Source: Faecalibacterium sp. UBA1360
Lineage (GTDB): Bacteria; Bacillota; Clostridia; Oscillospirales; Ruminococcaceae
Length of the DNA stretch: 64,000 bases
NCBI GenBank assembly: GCA_002306375.1
Contig: DBRU01000032.1
Location: forward strand, 7,103 to 71,102
Direction: 5' to 3'
Shown here: in pieces, positions 10,016-19,797 of the stretch
How positions within the stretch are numbered: the first letter of the stretch is position 1
How the letters are laid out: each line of letters starts with the position of its first letter
Notes under the pieces: model-generated
Seen by the model: the letters and a program-made list of their open reading frames with translations, nothing else
Told to the model about the DNA's origin: nothing
The model's database searches: none
Program-made: the position numbers and the translations under genes

Positions 10016-10202
10016 AGCTGTTGGCTCCTTCGCTTCTCTCGGATGCTCTTATCTTACACCACACAAAGGCTGCTGTAAATATATAAATACAAAATATAGG
10101 GGGACTCCGGCGCGCACCCCCCGCCGATACCGCATAAAAACAGGCAGCCCCGGCGGCCGCAAAAGCCGTCGGGGCTGTATAAGTATGCGTTTAATGAGCC
10201 GG

Positions 10203-11396
10203 TTATGCCCGCTCCTGCACGAACTTGACGAACTCGTCCCGCTCTTCCTCAGTCTCGGCGTTGATCACGTACATCTGGTTGCCCATGTCCATGACCAGCG
10301 CTTCGGGCAGGCGGTCGCACATCTTCATGCGCGAACCGTAGCGCGCCATGATCTGCTGGTGGTTGTGCACATACCGCACGCCGTCGCGCTGGCTGGCGTA
10401 CACACAGTAGTAATGGGGGCCGTTCAGGTCCAGGCTGCGCACCTGGTCAAAACAGACCATATCCGCCCAAATCTGGTAGCAGTCCACGCTGTTGGCAAAG
10501 TTGATCATGTCGGGGGTGTAACCGCCGGCGGGGCGCATGTTCACTTCCAGCGCCACGTAATCGCCCTTTTTGCCAAGCCCGGCCTTGTCCTCGTTCAGGC
10601 GGAAAAACTCGCAGTGGAAAAACCGGCTTTTGGCGCCAAAGGCCTTGATCGTGGCAAAGCCCACCTTGCGCAGGGCCTCTGGCACTTCCTTCTGGGTCCA
10701 GTAGGCAAGATCGCCCTGGGTGTTCACGATGTCCATGATCGGGGTGGGGAAGTAGTTGCTGGTATAGAACAGCGGCACGCAGTGGCTGTCGGCCACGCCG
10801 TCAAAGCTGACGATGGTACCGTTGATGAACTCTTCCATGATGTAGCTGACCTGGGGTTTGGCGGCGTAGAAGGCTTCCAGATCGGCGTCGCTTTTCAGCT
10901 TGTAGGTGGCCTCGGCGCCGCAGCCGTTGTCCGGCTTGACGATGACGGGGTACCCCACTTCCTTGATGAAGTCCCGGGCTGCCTCCAGGGTGGACACCAT
11001 GTGATGCCGCGCCACGGGCACGCCGGCGGCGCGGTAGCTGTCCTTCATGTGGCTCTTGAACTTGATGCGGTCGATGAAGTCGTTTTTTGCGCCGGTGTTG
11101 ATGTTGAAGTCGGTGCGCAGGGCCGCGTCCTGCTCCAGCCAGAATTCGTTGTTGCTCTCCACCCAGTCGATCTTGCCGTAGCGATGGGTGAAATACCCCA
11201 TGGCCCGCACCATCTGGTCATAGTTTGCCAGGCTGTCCACCCGGTAATACTCGGTCAGGGTGGCCTTCAATTCGTCGGGGATGTAATCATACGGCGCATC
11301 GCCGATGCCAAGCACATTGGCGCCGTTGCGCTTGAGCCGGTCGCAGAAATTCCAGTATGTCTTGGGAAAATGGGGCGATACGAACACGAAATTCAT
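10203..11396 (-). CDS. ATP-grasp domain protein (carbamoyl-phosphate-synthase-like family, substrate unknown)
   Basis: VGYPVIVKPDNGCGA, IMEEFING, HCEFF, LEVNMRPAGG. Confidence 0.85.
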   Translation of the reverse strand: MNFVFVSPHFPKTYWNFCDRLKRNGANVLGIGDAPYDYIPDELKATLTEYYRVDSLANYDQMVRAMGYFTHRYGKIDWVESNNEFWLEQDAALRTDFNINTGAKNDFIDRIKFKSHMKDSYRAAGVPVARHHMVSTLEAARDFIKEVGYPVIVKPDNGCGAEATYKLKSDADLEAFYAAKPQVSYIMEEFINGTIVSFDGVADSHCVPLFYTSNYFPTPIMDIVNTQGDLAYWTQKEVPEALRKVGFATIKAFGAKSRFFHCEFFRLNEDKAGLGKKGDYVALEVNMRPAGGYTPDMINFANSVDCYQIWADMVCFDQVRSLDLNGPHYYCVYASQRDGVRYVHNHQQIMARYGSRMKMCDRLPEALVMDMGNQMYVINAETEEERDEFVKFVQERA

Positions 11397-11460
11397 GGTT
11401 GCACTTCCTCCTCTGGTTGCACGGACCTAATACCGCGCCGGCGCACATCCGGGCGGTTTT

Positions 11461-11634
11461 TTATACGAACTGGTTGCGGGCGGGGTCGTATTCGAAGCCG
11501 ACCTCGGCCAGGGTCTTGCGCAGTTCCTGCTCGTCGGCGTTTTCTTCCGCACAGAAAACGTTCGGTGTCATGCCGGTGTTGCGCAGTTTGGTATTGACGT
11601 AGCTTAACAGGATCATGGGGTCACGGGGCAGCAT
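11461..11634 (-). CDS. DUF4250-family small protein (57 aa, below ORF-track cutoff)
   Basis: Manual translation MLPRDPMILLSYVNTKLRN...GFEYDPARNQFV, with AGGAGG RBS. Confidence 0.85.
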   Translation of the reverse strand: MLPRDPMILLSYVNTKLRNTGMTPNVFCAEENADEQELRKTLAEVGFEYDPARNQFV

Positions 11635-11712
11635 GGAAACAGGCCCTCCTTAAAAGGTGACGGTATCAGAAAAAGCCGGCCACAGACGGTGACCGGCATT
11701 TTTTGCTTCTTA

Positions 11713-11901
11713 TCAGACAGCGCGGGTGACCTTACCCGAGCGCAGGCAGCGGGTGCAGGCGTAGATATACTTCGGGGACCCATCCACGACAGCTTTTACG
11801 CGCTTCACGTTGGGGCTCCAGGTACGATTGCTCCGACGATGGGAGTGGGATACCTTGATGCCGAACGCAACACCCTTGCCACAGCATGCACATTTGGCCA
11901 T
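11713..11901 (-). CDS. rpmB: 50S ribosomal protein L28 (zinc-ribbon form)
   Basis: MAKCACCGKGVAFGIKVSHSHRRSNRTWSPN...CTRCLRSGKV, AAGGAGGT RBS, promoter TTGCAT-N17-TATGAT at 11932-11960. Confidence 0.97.
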   Translation of the reverse strand: MAKCACCGKGVAFGIKVSHSHRRSNRTWSPNVKRVKAVVDGSPKYIYACTRCLRSGKVTRAV

Positions 11902-12147
11902 AGCTTGCACCTCCTTTAACATAGCTGTATTATCATAGCAAATCCAAATACAAAATGCAAGGGTTTTTTCAAAATATTGTAAAAATAATGCCCCGGCCCG
12001 CGTTTGGCCCACAAGCCCTATGCGGCAAAATGGCGGCAAAATGCCGCTTCGCACTTGTTTTGGCCGGTTTATTACGGTATAATACAAAATGTATGTCTAT
12101 GTGCAGGCGGTTTTGCGCCGCGCATGAGAAGGGAAAGGATGTGTACG

Positions 12148-12807
12148 ATGGGCGGACTTTTGGGGCTGGATGTTTTGTATGATTATTGCGTGCGTGCTTT
12201 GGCGGTCCTGGTCGTCATTCCGTTTCACGAAGCCGCCCATGCCCTGGTCAGCTGGCTGCTGGGGGATCCCACGGCCAAGAACGCCGGCCGCCTTTCGCTG
12301 AACCCCGTGCGCCACTTTGATCCCCTGGGCACTTTGTGCATGGTGCTGGGGGGCGTTGGCTGGGCCAAGCCGGTGGGCATCGACGTGCGGCGTTTCCGCA
12401 ACCCCAAGGTGGGCATGGCCGTGTCGGCCGCGGCGGGCCCGGCGGCCAACTTCCTTTTGGGGTTCGTTTCTACCATTGTATATAAGGTGGTGTGGTATGC
12501 CTCCCGGGGCGCTGCGCCCCAGATCCTGCTGGATTTCTTGTGGTACATGATCGCACTCAATATCAGCCTGGCTGTTTTCAATCTTCTGCCGGTGCCGCCC
12601 TTTGACGGCAGCCGTATCGCCTTGCTGTTTTTGCCGCGCAACGCCTATTTCAAGGCCATGCGCTACGAGCGCTATATCATGATCGCCGTGCTGGTTTTGG
12701 TGCTGGCCGGGTTATTGGACGGGCCGCTGAACTTTTTTGTCAATGCGGTGTATGGGGCGTTTTTCGACGCCACCCGCTTTGTGGAGGCTGCGTTCGGTTT
12801 GCTGTAA
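12148..12807 (+). CDS. Site-2 (M50) membrane zinc protease
   Basis: HEAAH and NLLPVPPFDG motifs, GWAKPV. Confidence 0.92.
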   Translation: MGGLLGLDVLYDYCVRALAVLVVIPFHEAAHALVSWLLGDPTAKNAGRLSLNPVRHFDPLGTLCMVLGGVGWAKPVGIDVRRFRNPKVGMAVSAAAGPAANFLLGFVSTIVYKVVWYASRGAAPQILLDFLWYMIALNISLAVFNLLPVPPFDGSRIALLFLPRNAYFKAMRYERYIMIAVLVLVLAGLLDGPLNFFVNAVYGAFFDATRFVEAAFGLL

Positions 12808-12825
12808 GGGGTAATTGGTAAAAGA

Positions 12826-13560
12826 ATGGAATCCTTGACCTTTCATCTGGAAGATTTTGAGGGCCCGCTGGATCTTTTGCTGCATCTGGTGGGCAAGAAT
12901 AAGATGAACCTGTATGATATCAACATCATGCAGCTCATCGACCAGTACACGGCGGCCATCGCCACCATGCAGGACCGCATGGAGGTTTCCAGCGAGTTCA
13001 TCGACATGGCCGCCCACCTGGTGCAAATGAAAAGCGCGCTGCTGCTGCCCCGCAGCCCGGAGGCCGAGCGCATGAAGGCCGAACTCACCGGCCGTCTGAT
13101 CGAATACAGCGCCTGCAAGCAGGTGGCTGCCGCGCTGGGTAGCCGGGCCAGGGACCTGTACACCGCTGTGCGCAGCCCCATGCCGCTGGAAGGCGCGGCC
13201 GAGTATTCCCGCCCGCACTCGCCGGACAAGCTGGTGCAGGCCTGGTACAGCCTGATGGGGCGCAGCCTTCGGCGCAAAAAGCCGGAAGCCGAACGCTTTG
13301 AACCGCTGGTCACGGCGCCTTTTGTGTCGGTGGCCAGCCGGGTGGCCCACCTTTTGCGAGGCATGCTGCGGGGCAGTGTGCGCCGCATGGGGGAACTGTT
13401 CAGCAAGGAGGAAAGCCGCAGCACCAACGTGGCTACCTTTCTGGCCTTGCTGGAACTGATCCGCGCCGGGCGTATCCGGGTGGGGGAGGACGGCGGTCTG
13501 CAAATGGACCGCACCCGCCGTCCGCGCCGCCGTGACCATACGAGGGAGGAACTGACATGA
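12826..13560 (+). CDS. scpA: Segregation and condensation protein A
   Basis: FEGPLDLLLHL and TFLALLEL. Confidence 0.95.
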   Translation: MESLTFHLEDFEGPLDLLLHLVGKNKMNLYDINIMQLIDQYTAAIATMQDRMEVSSEFIDMAAHLVQMKSALLLPRSPEAERMKAELTGRLIEYSACKQVAAALGSRARDLYTAVRSPMPLEGAAEYSRPHSPDKLVQAWYSLMGRSLRRKKPEAERFEPLVTAPFVSVASRVAHLLRGMLRGSVRRMGELFSKEESRSTNVATFLALLELIRAGRIRVGEDGGLQMDRTRRPRRRDHTREELT

Positions 13561-14135
13561 ACGAACGCCAGAAACTGGGCGCTTTGGAAGCCATGCTGTT
13601 CGCCAACGCCGAACCGGTGGAGGCAGCCCGCCTGGCTGAGGCCATGCGCCTGGACACCGCCCAGGTGCAGGACCTTTTGGCGGTGCTGCAAAGCGAGTAT
13701 GACGCCCGGGAGGCCGGCGTCGTGCTGCTGCGATTCGAGGGCGACCGCTGGCAGATGACCACCCGCCCGTATTACGGCGAGGTGGTCAAGCGTATTCTGG
13801 ACACCCGCCGCAACGCGCCCTTGTCCCCGGCGGCGCTGGAAGTGCTGGCCGTCATCGCCTACAACCAGCCCGTATCCCGCAGCTTTATCGAGCAGGTGCG
13901 CGGGGTGGATTCCTCGTCCACGGTCGCCAAGCTGATGGAGCGCGGCCTCATCGAGGAAGCCGGCCGCCTGGACCTGCCGGGCAAGCCGGTGGCGTTCCGG
14001 GTCACCGATACCTTTTTGCGGGTGTTCGGCCTGGGCAGCCTGGCTGACCTGCCGCCTTTGCACGATGAGGGCGCGCCCCCCGAGCAGGGCGACGGCGACG
14101 AACCCCGCCAGCTGGATATGGAGAGCCTGACATGA
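13557..14135 (+). CDS. scpB: Segregation and condensation protein B
   Basis: LSPAALEVLAVIAYNQPVSRSFIEQVRGV; overlaps scpA (ATGA). Confidence 0.95.
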   Translation: MNERQKLGALEAMLFANAEPVEAARLAEAMRLDTAQVQDLLAVLQSEYDAREAGVVLLRFEGDRWQMTTRPYYGEVVKRILDTRRNAPLSPAALEVLAVIAYNQPVSRSFIEQVRGVDSSSTVAKLMERGLIEEAGRLDLPGKPVAFRVTDTFLRVFGLGSLADLPPLHDEGAPPEQGDGDEPRQLDMESLT

Positions 14136-14971
14136 GCGCCGTGCTGGGGGCCCTGGCCGTCGCGGGCTGGGCCGTTGTGATCCTGTTGGCGCTGGTCCTT
14201 ATGCTGGCGGCGGCCTTTCTGGTTTTGCCGGTGGGGTTGACGGTGGGGTGGAGCGTCCGCAAAGGCTTTTCGCTATTCGCCTGGGCAGGCCCCTTGCGCC
14301 GGCAGTTGTATCCCCGCCCGCGCCCCAAGCGCCGGAAGAACAAGAGCGAACAAAAGCCCCTGAAAAACCTGGCGCAGGCGCAGCCCCAAGCGCAGGCGCA
14401 ATCGCGTCGGGAAGACCCGGGCCCCGCGGCCGGCCCTGCGGCTGCGCAGGCTGCCCCGGGGAGCCCGGCGGATTCTGGCCCCGCACCCGAATCCGCCGCC
14501 TCGTCCGGGCAAACTGCTGCTTTGCCTGGGGCGCAGGATCTGCCCGACACCGCCGAATTGGAAGATGGCGACCCCTCGGCCATGGCGCTGCTGGGGATGC
14601 TGCGGCTGTTCTGGCGAGCGCTGGAACCCCGGCGGCAGCAAATCCTGCGGGGCGTGATGCTCGACGACGTGCGGGTGTTCTGGACCGTCACGGGCAAGGA
14701 CGCCGCCGACACCGCCGTTTGCTACGGTCGGCGTATCGCGCTGTGCAACACGCTGCTGGCCTTTGCCCGGGACCGTGTGCGCATCCGGGCGTCCTCCCTT
14801 CGCCTGGAGCCGGATTTTCTCGGGACTCTTTCGCAAAACCGCTTTTTTTCTTGCCAAATCCGTACCCGTCCGTATATAATGGTGTTGATCCTGCTGTGCC
14901 TGCTGCGCAGGGACGAGCGGGGCGCGACCCCGCTGGACGACATCCGCGAACAACTCAACGGCCTGCGCTGA
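14132..14971 (+). CDS. DUF2953/YtfI-like membrane-anchored protein
   Basis: N-terminal TM, GKDAADTAVCYG and PDF motifs, located before ytfJ. Confidence 0.65.
   Translation: MSAVLGALAVAGWAVVILLALVLMLAAAFLVLPVGLTVGWSVRKGFSLFAWAGPLRRQLYPRPRPKRRKNKSEQKPLKNLAQAQPQAQAQSRREDPGPAAGPAAAQAAPGSPADSGPAPESAASSGQTAALPGAQDLPDTAELEDGDPSAMALLGMLRLFWRALEPRRQQILRGVMLDDVRVFWTVTGKDAADTAVCYGRRIALCNTLLAFARDRVRIRASSLRLEPDFLGTLSQNRFFSCQIRTRPYIMVLILLCLLRRDERGATPLDDIREQLNGLR
14851..14880 (+). promoter_or_regulatory. Internal sigma-A-like promoter upstream of ytfJ
   Basis: TTGCCA-N18-TATAAT preceded by a T-tract. Confidence 0.55.
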
Positions 14972-15001
14972 AAGGCCGGCAGATACAGGAGGTAATTTAC
15001 T

Positions 15002-15433
15002 ATGGCAGAACATCCGCTTCAGGGCATGATGGGCGTCACGATGGAAAAGGTGCGCGATCTTGTGGATTCCTCCACCATCATCGGCGATCCCATCAAGGTC
15101 GACGACGCCACCACCATCATCCCGGTATCCCGCGTGACCTTCGGGTTTGCGTCGGGCGGTTCGGACGTGGCCCCCAAATCCGACAAGCAGATGTTTGGCG
15201 GCGGGTCGGGCGCCGGTGTGTCCATCACGCCCATTGCGTTTTTGATCGTCAGCGCCTCGGGCGTTCGCACGGTGCAGCTCATGGAGCACGCCTCCACCAT
15301 CGACAACGCCATTTCGGCGCTGCCCGAACTGGTGGACAAACTGGCCGAGATGATCGGCCGCGGCAAGCCCGGTAAGGACACCGCCGCCGAAGCCGCCAAG
15401 GAAGCCTTTGCCGAGGCCGACGCCGCCCAATAA
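15002..15433 (+). CDS. ytfJ: YtfJ/GerW family protein
   Basis: IIGDPI, IIPVSRVTFGFASGGSD, FGGGSGAGVSITPIAFL. Confidence 0.92.
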   Translation: MAEHPLQGMMGVTMEKVRDLVDSSTIIGDPIKVDDATTIIPVSRVTFGFASGGSDVAPKSDKQMFGGGSGAGVSITPIAFLIVSASGVRTVQLMEHASTIDNAISALPELVDKLAEMIGRGKPGKDTAAEAAKEAFAEADAAQ

Positions 15434-15545
15434 GGCGCGCCGCCCCGATGCCGGGGCGCGGCCTCATAACCCGAACTACGGCGCAAGGCGGCCCCCGGCC
15501 ACTTTGCGCCCTTTTTACACACAAAGAAACGAGGAAACAATTACC

Positions 15546-16313
15546 ATGGCACAGCAACGCATCCAGAAAGTATTGTCCGACCAGGGCGTGTGTTCCCGCC
15601 GCGCGGCGGAACGCCTGATCGAGGAAGGCCGCGTCAAGGTCAACGGCCACCCGGTCACCCTGGGCGACAAAATGGACCCTGATTTTGACAAGGTCTCCAT
15701 CGACGGCAAAAACGTGCGCGTCGTGCGCAAACGGCAATATATCTACATCATGCTGCACAAGCCCCGGGGCTATATCACCACCGCCTCGGACGAGCACGGC
15801 CGCAAGACGGTCATGGACCTGGTGCAGGGGGTGGGGCGGCGCGTGTATCCCGTGGGCCGCCTCGACAAAGACAGCGAAGGCCTTTTGCTTATGACCGACG
15901 ACGGGGCCTTTGCCAACCTGCTGACCCATCCGTCGGGGGGCGTGGGAAAATTATACCGCGTCACCGTGCGCCCCCGCGCCACCGAGGAACAGATCGTCAA
16001 AATGGCCAGCGGCGTGGTGCTGGACGACGGCGTCAAGACCGCTCCGGCGGTGATCCACGTGGCCACCGATGAGCCTGGACGCACGGTGCTGGAGATCACT
16101 TTGCACGAAGGCCGCAACCGCCAGATCCGCCGCATGTGCGAGGCCGTGGGGCTTGAGGTCATCCGTCTCAAGCGTAGCGCCGAAGGCCCCGTCAAGCTGG
16201 GCATGCTGCCCCCGGGCGAATGGCGGGAACTCAAACGCTCGGAGGTCACGGCCCTGCGCAACGCGGCCGCCCGCGCTTCTCGCCCTGCCGATCGGCGGAA
16301 TCAGGACGATTGA
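15546..16313 (+). CDS. rluB: rRNA pseudouridine synthase (RluB/RsuA family)
   Basis: S4 domain (CSRRAAE), GRLDKDSEGLL, EGRNRQIRRM. Confidence 0.9.
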   Translation: MAQQRIQKVLSDQGVCSRRAAERLIEEGRVKVNGHPVTLGDKMDPDFDKVSIDGKNVRVVRKRQYIYIMLHKPRGYITTASDEHGRKTVMDLVQGVGRRVYPVGRLDKDSEGLLLMTDDGAFANLLTHPSGGVGKLYRVTVRPRATEEQIVKMASGVVLDDGVKTAPAVIHVATDEPGRTVLEITLHEGRNRQIRRMCEAVGLEVIRLKRSAEGPVKLGMLPPGEWRELKRSEVTALRNAAARASRPADRRNQDD

Positions 16314-16461
16314 GTTTTGCAAAGCGGACAAAAGCCAAAAAAACCGGGCAGAATACTGGCTTTTTGTACAAAATCCACTTGTGGTGAAAAAAATAAAGTA
16401 GTATAATCAATGTATATGGCATTGTGTACACCATACTGCTATCAATACAGGAGGTCACTAA

Positions 16462-17784
16462 ATGGCTGCAACAAAACCTGGCAAGGCACAACTCCTTGCC
16501 GCATTTTTTGACGATGGGAACCATACCGCGTTGTTCGCCGACGGCCCGGTCAGCGCCGCGTACGGCAGCGTGGGCGGGCAGAGCGTTTACGCTGTGTTCC
16601 AGGATGGACGTCCGCTGGGCGTCGAGGACATCGAAAAGAACATCCGCGTGCTGAAAATGGCCGCCGAAGTGGGCGCCCCGGTCGTTACCTTCTATGACTC
16701 TACCGGCGCCTGCCTGGAAAGCGGCCTGGCGCTGCTCAACGCGAACTCCCGGCTGATGGCCCAGATCGCCCGCGTCTCGGGCGTGGTGCCCCAGCTGGCC
16801 GTGGTGGTGGGTACCTGCGCCGGGTCTGCCGCCGTCCATGCGGCCGCCGCCGATGTGTGCATCATGGCTAAGGATGCCGAACTGTTCCTCAACGCGCCTT
16901 TCACCAGTGAGGACAGCCTCTCCTTTGCCGGTACCGCCGAATTTGCCGCCCGCGCCGGCGTGGCCGCCATTGTGGCTGACGACGCCGTCAAGGCTGCCGC
17001 CGAAACCGCCCGCGTGGTGGCGCTGCTGCCCGCCAACAACCTGGCCGGTCCCGCGGTGTTTGATTACGCCGCCCCCGCCAAGGCGCTGGACCTGAACAAC
17101 TATGATCCCGCCAAGGCTGCCGCCGCGCTGGCGGATGAAGACAGCGCCGTGGAACTGTACGCCGGGTACGGCAAGGCTGTTTACACTGCGCTGGCTACCG
17201 TGGGCGGCGCGGCTGTGGGCATCGTGGCCACCGCCAAGCGCGCCATCAACCACCACTGCACGGCCAAGGCGGCTCGCTTCATCCGTATGTGCGACGCCTA
17301 CAGCATTCCCGTTCTGACCATCGTCAACACCGACGGCTTCGTGCGCAGTGAAGGCGACGACCTGGCCGGCGGCATCCGCCAGGCCGCCCGCATGGCCGGC
17401 GTCTACGCCGAAGCCACCACGGCCAAGGTGGCCGTACTGGCCGGGGAGGCCGTTGGCCCCATCTACACGGTCTTTGCCGCGTCGGCGGACTGGCGCATCG
17501 CGGTGGAAGGGTGCACCATCGCCCCTCTGGCCCCCGAAACGGCCGTCAGCGTGCTGTATAAAGAGGAGATCTTTGCGGCCGACAACCTGGAGCAGGCCAC
17601 CAAGGCCAAGGCGGACGCCTACAAGGCCGAGGTTTGCAGCGCCGCTGCGGCTGTGGCCAACGGCTCGGCCGATTCCGCCGTTGCTCCCGCGGGCGTGCGC
17701 GCCGCCGTGGTCCAGGCTCTGGATATGCTGGCCAGCAAGCGCGCGGTCGGCCTGGCCAAGAAGCACGGCAACATCACCCTGTAA
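16462..17784 (+). CDS. Acyl-CoA carboxyltransferase-domain protein (divergent 12S/PccB-like)
   Basis: SGVVPQ, LLPANN, KAARFIRMCDAYSIP, YAEATTAKV, KKHGNITL C-terminus. Confidence 0.82.
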   Translation: MAATKPGKAQLLAAFFDDGNHTALFADGPVSAAYGSVGGQSVYAVFQDGRPLGVEDIEKNIRVLKMAAEVGAPVVTFYDSTGACLESGLALLNANSRLMAQIARVSGVVPQLAVVVGTCAGSAAVHAAAADVCIMAKDAELFLNAPFTSEDSLSFAGTAEFAARAGVAAIVADDAVKAAAETARVVALLPANNLAGPAVFDYAAPAKALDLNNYDPAKAAAALADEDSAVELYAGYGKAVYTALATVGGAAVGIVATAKRAINHHCTAKAARFIRMCDAYSIPVLTIVNTDGFVRSEGDDLAGGIRQAARMAGVYAEATTAKVAVLAGEAVGPIYTVFAASADWRIAVEGCTIAPLAPETAVSVLYKEEIFAADNLEQATKAKADAYKAEVCSAAAAVANGSADSAVAPAGVRAAVVQALDMLASKRAVGLAKKHGNITL

Positions 17785-17818
17785 CAACATCTTCATTACA
17801 TAGAAGGAGGACCTCCCC

Positions 17819-18202
17819 ATGAAACATCTCACCGTGACCGTCAACGGTGTCGCCTACGATGTCACCGTCGAAGAAAGCACCGGCGCTCCCGTTGCCGCCG
17901 CCCCCGCTGCTGTGCCTGCCGCTCCGGCTGCTCCCGCTGCCGCTCCCGCTCCTGCGGCGGCTCCTGCCGCTCCCGCCGGCGCTGCCGGCGCCGTGACCGT
18001 TTCGGCTCCCATGCCCGGCAACATTCTGGACGTGCGCGTGCAGCCCGGCGCTTCGGTCAAGGCCGGCGACACCCTGATGATCCTGGAAGCCATGAAGATG
18101 GAGAACGAGATCTCCGCCCCGCAGGACGGCACCATCGCCAGCGTCAATGTGCGCAAGGGCGACACCGTCAGCTCCGGCGACGTGCTGTGCACCATGAACT
18201 GA
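17819..18202 (+). CDS. Biotin carboxyl carrier protein
   Basis: EAMKM biotinylation motif, Ala/Pro linker, VTVNGVAYDVTVEE N-terminus. Confidence 0.95.
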   Translation: MKHLTVTVNGVAYDVTVEESTGAPVAAAPAAVPAAPAAPAAAPAPAAAPAAPAGAAGAVTVSAPMPGNILDVRVQPGASVKAGDTLMILEAMKMENEISAPQDGTIASVNVRKGDTVSSGDVLCTMN

Positions 18203-18236
18203 TCAGGCCCGCAGTTTGAAAACGAGGTGAATAAGA

Positions 18237-19640
18237 TTGGCTAAGAAACCGATTCAGATTACCGAAGTCGTGCTGCGCGACGCGCACCAGTCGCTGCTTG
18301 CCACCCGCATGAAGATGGAGGAGATGCAGCCCATCCTGAAAGCTATGGATGAAGTGGGCTACTTCTCGGTGGAATGCTGGGGCGGCGCGACCTTTGACTC
18401 CTGCATCCGCTTTTTGGATGAGGACCCCTGGGTCCGCCTGCGCACCCTGCGCAAGGAAATGCCCAACACCAAGCTGCAAATGCTGTTCCGCGGCCAGAAC
18501 ATGCTGGGCTACCGCCACTACGCCGACGACGCGGTGGAATATTTTGTCCAGAAGTCGGTGGCCAACGGCATCGATATCCTGCGCATCTTCGATGCCCTGA
18601 ACGACCCGCGCAACCTGCAGACCGCCATCAAGGCTGCCCGCAAAGAGCGCGCCCACGTGCAGGCCTGCATCAGCTACACCCTGAGCCCTGTACATACCAA
18701 CGAGTATTTCGTCGAGTACGCCAAGACCCTGGAAGAGATGGGCGCCGATTCCATCTGCATCAAGGACATGGCCGGCCTGCTCAAGCCCTACACCTGCTAT
18801 GAACTGGTCAAAGCGTTGAAGGAAGCCGTGGATATCCCCATCGACATCCACAGCCACTACACCGCGGGCCTTGCCTCCATGTCCATCCTCAAGGGCATCG
18901 AGGCCGGCGCCGACATCATCGACACTGCCATGAGCCCGCTGGCTTTGGGCACCTCCCATATGCCCACCGAGAGCCTGGTCGCCGCCTTGCAGGGCACCGA
19001 ATACGACACCGGCCTGGACCTGGGCAAGCTGAACGTGGTGCGTGAGCATTTTGCCAAGCTGCGCGAAAAGTACATCGCCAACGGCCAGATCAGCCACAAG
19101 GTCCTGGGCGTGGACGCCAACACCCTGCTGTACCAGGTGCCGGGCGGTATGCTGTCCAACATGATCAAGCAGCTCAAGGACGCCGGCAAGGAAGACCAGC
19201 TGGATGAGGTCCTCAAGGAGATCCCCCGCGTGCGCGAGGATGCCGGCTATCCGCCGCTGGTCACCCCCACCAGCCAGATCGTGGGCACCCAGGCGGTGTT
19301 CAACGTGATCATGGGCGAGCGGTACAAGATGGTCACCAAGGAGTTCAAGGGCCTGGTCCACGGCGACTACGGCAAGACTCCCGCGCCCATCAAGCCGGAA
19401 TTCAGCAAGATGATCCTCAAGGGCGAAGAACCCATCACCTGCCGCCCCGCGGACCTGCTGGAGCCCGAGGTGGACAAGATGAAGGCCGAGGCCGCCAAGT
19501 ACGCCATCCAGGAAGAGGACGTGCTGACCTACGCCATGTTCCCCCAGGTCGCGCCCAAGTTCTTCGAGAAGCGCAACGCCCGTATGCACGGTGTGGATGA
19601 ACTGCACGCCGACTACCAGAAAAAGTCCCATCCGGTCTGA
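18237..19640 (+). CDS. Oxaloacetate/pyruvate carboxyltransferase (OadA / transcarboxylase 5S-like) with no biotin domain
   Basis: LRDAHQSLLATRM, WGGATFD, IKDMAG, HSH, VPGGM, PLVTPTSQIVG; TTG start. Confidence 0.9.
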   Translation: MAKKPIQITEVVLRDAHQSLLATRMKMEEMQPILKAMDEVGYFSVECWGGATFDSCIRFLDEDPWVRLRTLRKEMPNTKLQMLFRGQNMLGYRHYADDAVEYFVQKSVANGIDILRIFDALNDPRNLQTAIKAARKERAHVQACISYTLSPVHTNEYFVEYAKTLEEMGADSICIKDMAGLLKPYTCYELVKALKEAVDIPIDIHSHYTAGLASMSILKGIEAGADIIDTAMSPLALGTSHMPTESLVAALQGTEYDTGLDLGKLNVVREHFAKLREKYIANGQISHKVLGVDANTLLYQVPGGMLSNMIKQLKDAGKEDQLDEVLKEIPRVREDAGYPPLVTPTSQIVGTQAVFNVIMGERYKMVTKEFKGLVHGDYGKTPAPIKPEFSKMILKGEEPITCRPADLLEPEVDKMKAEAAKYAIQEEDVLTYAMFPQVAPKFFEKRNARMHGVDELHADYQKKSHPV

Positions 19641-19659
19641 TCCCATCGCCGGGTGAACC

Positions 19660-19689
19660 GCCCCCGCGGCCATGGCCGCGGGGGCTTTT
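19660..19689 (+). terminator. Intrinsic terminator
   Basis: CCCCCGCGGCC/GGCCGCGGGGG hairpin followed by TTTT. Confidence 0.75.
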
Positions 19690-19797
19690 GTATACACAAG
19701 GCCGGGCGCGCCGTCTTGCCAAACCGGGATGGGGATAGTATAATAAACTGAATATACCCATAGCCCAAAATCTGGTTGGAAGGTGTGAACACAGTTT

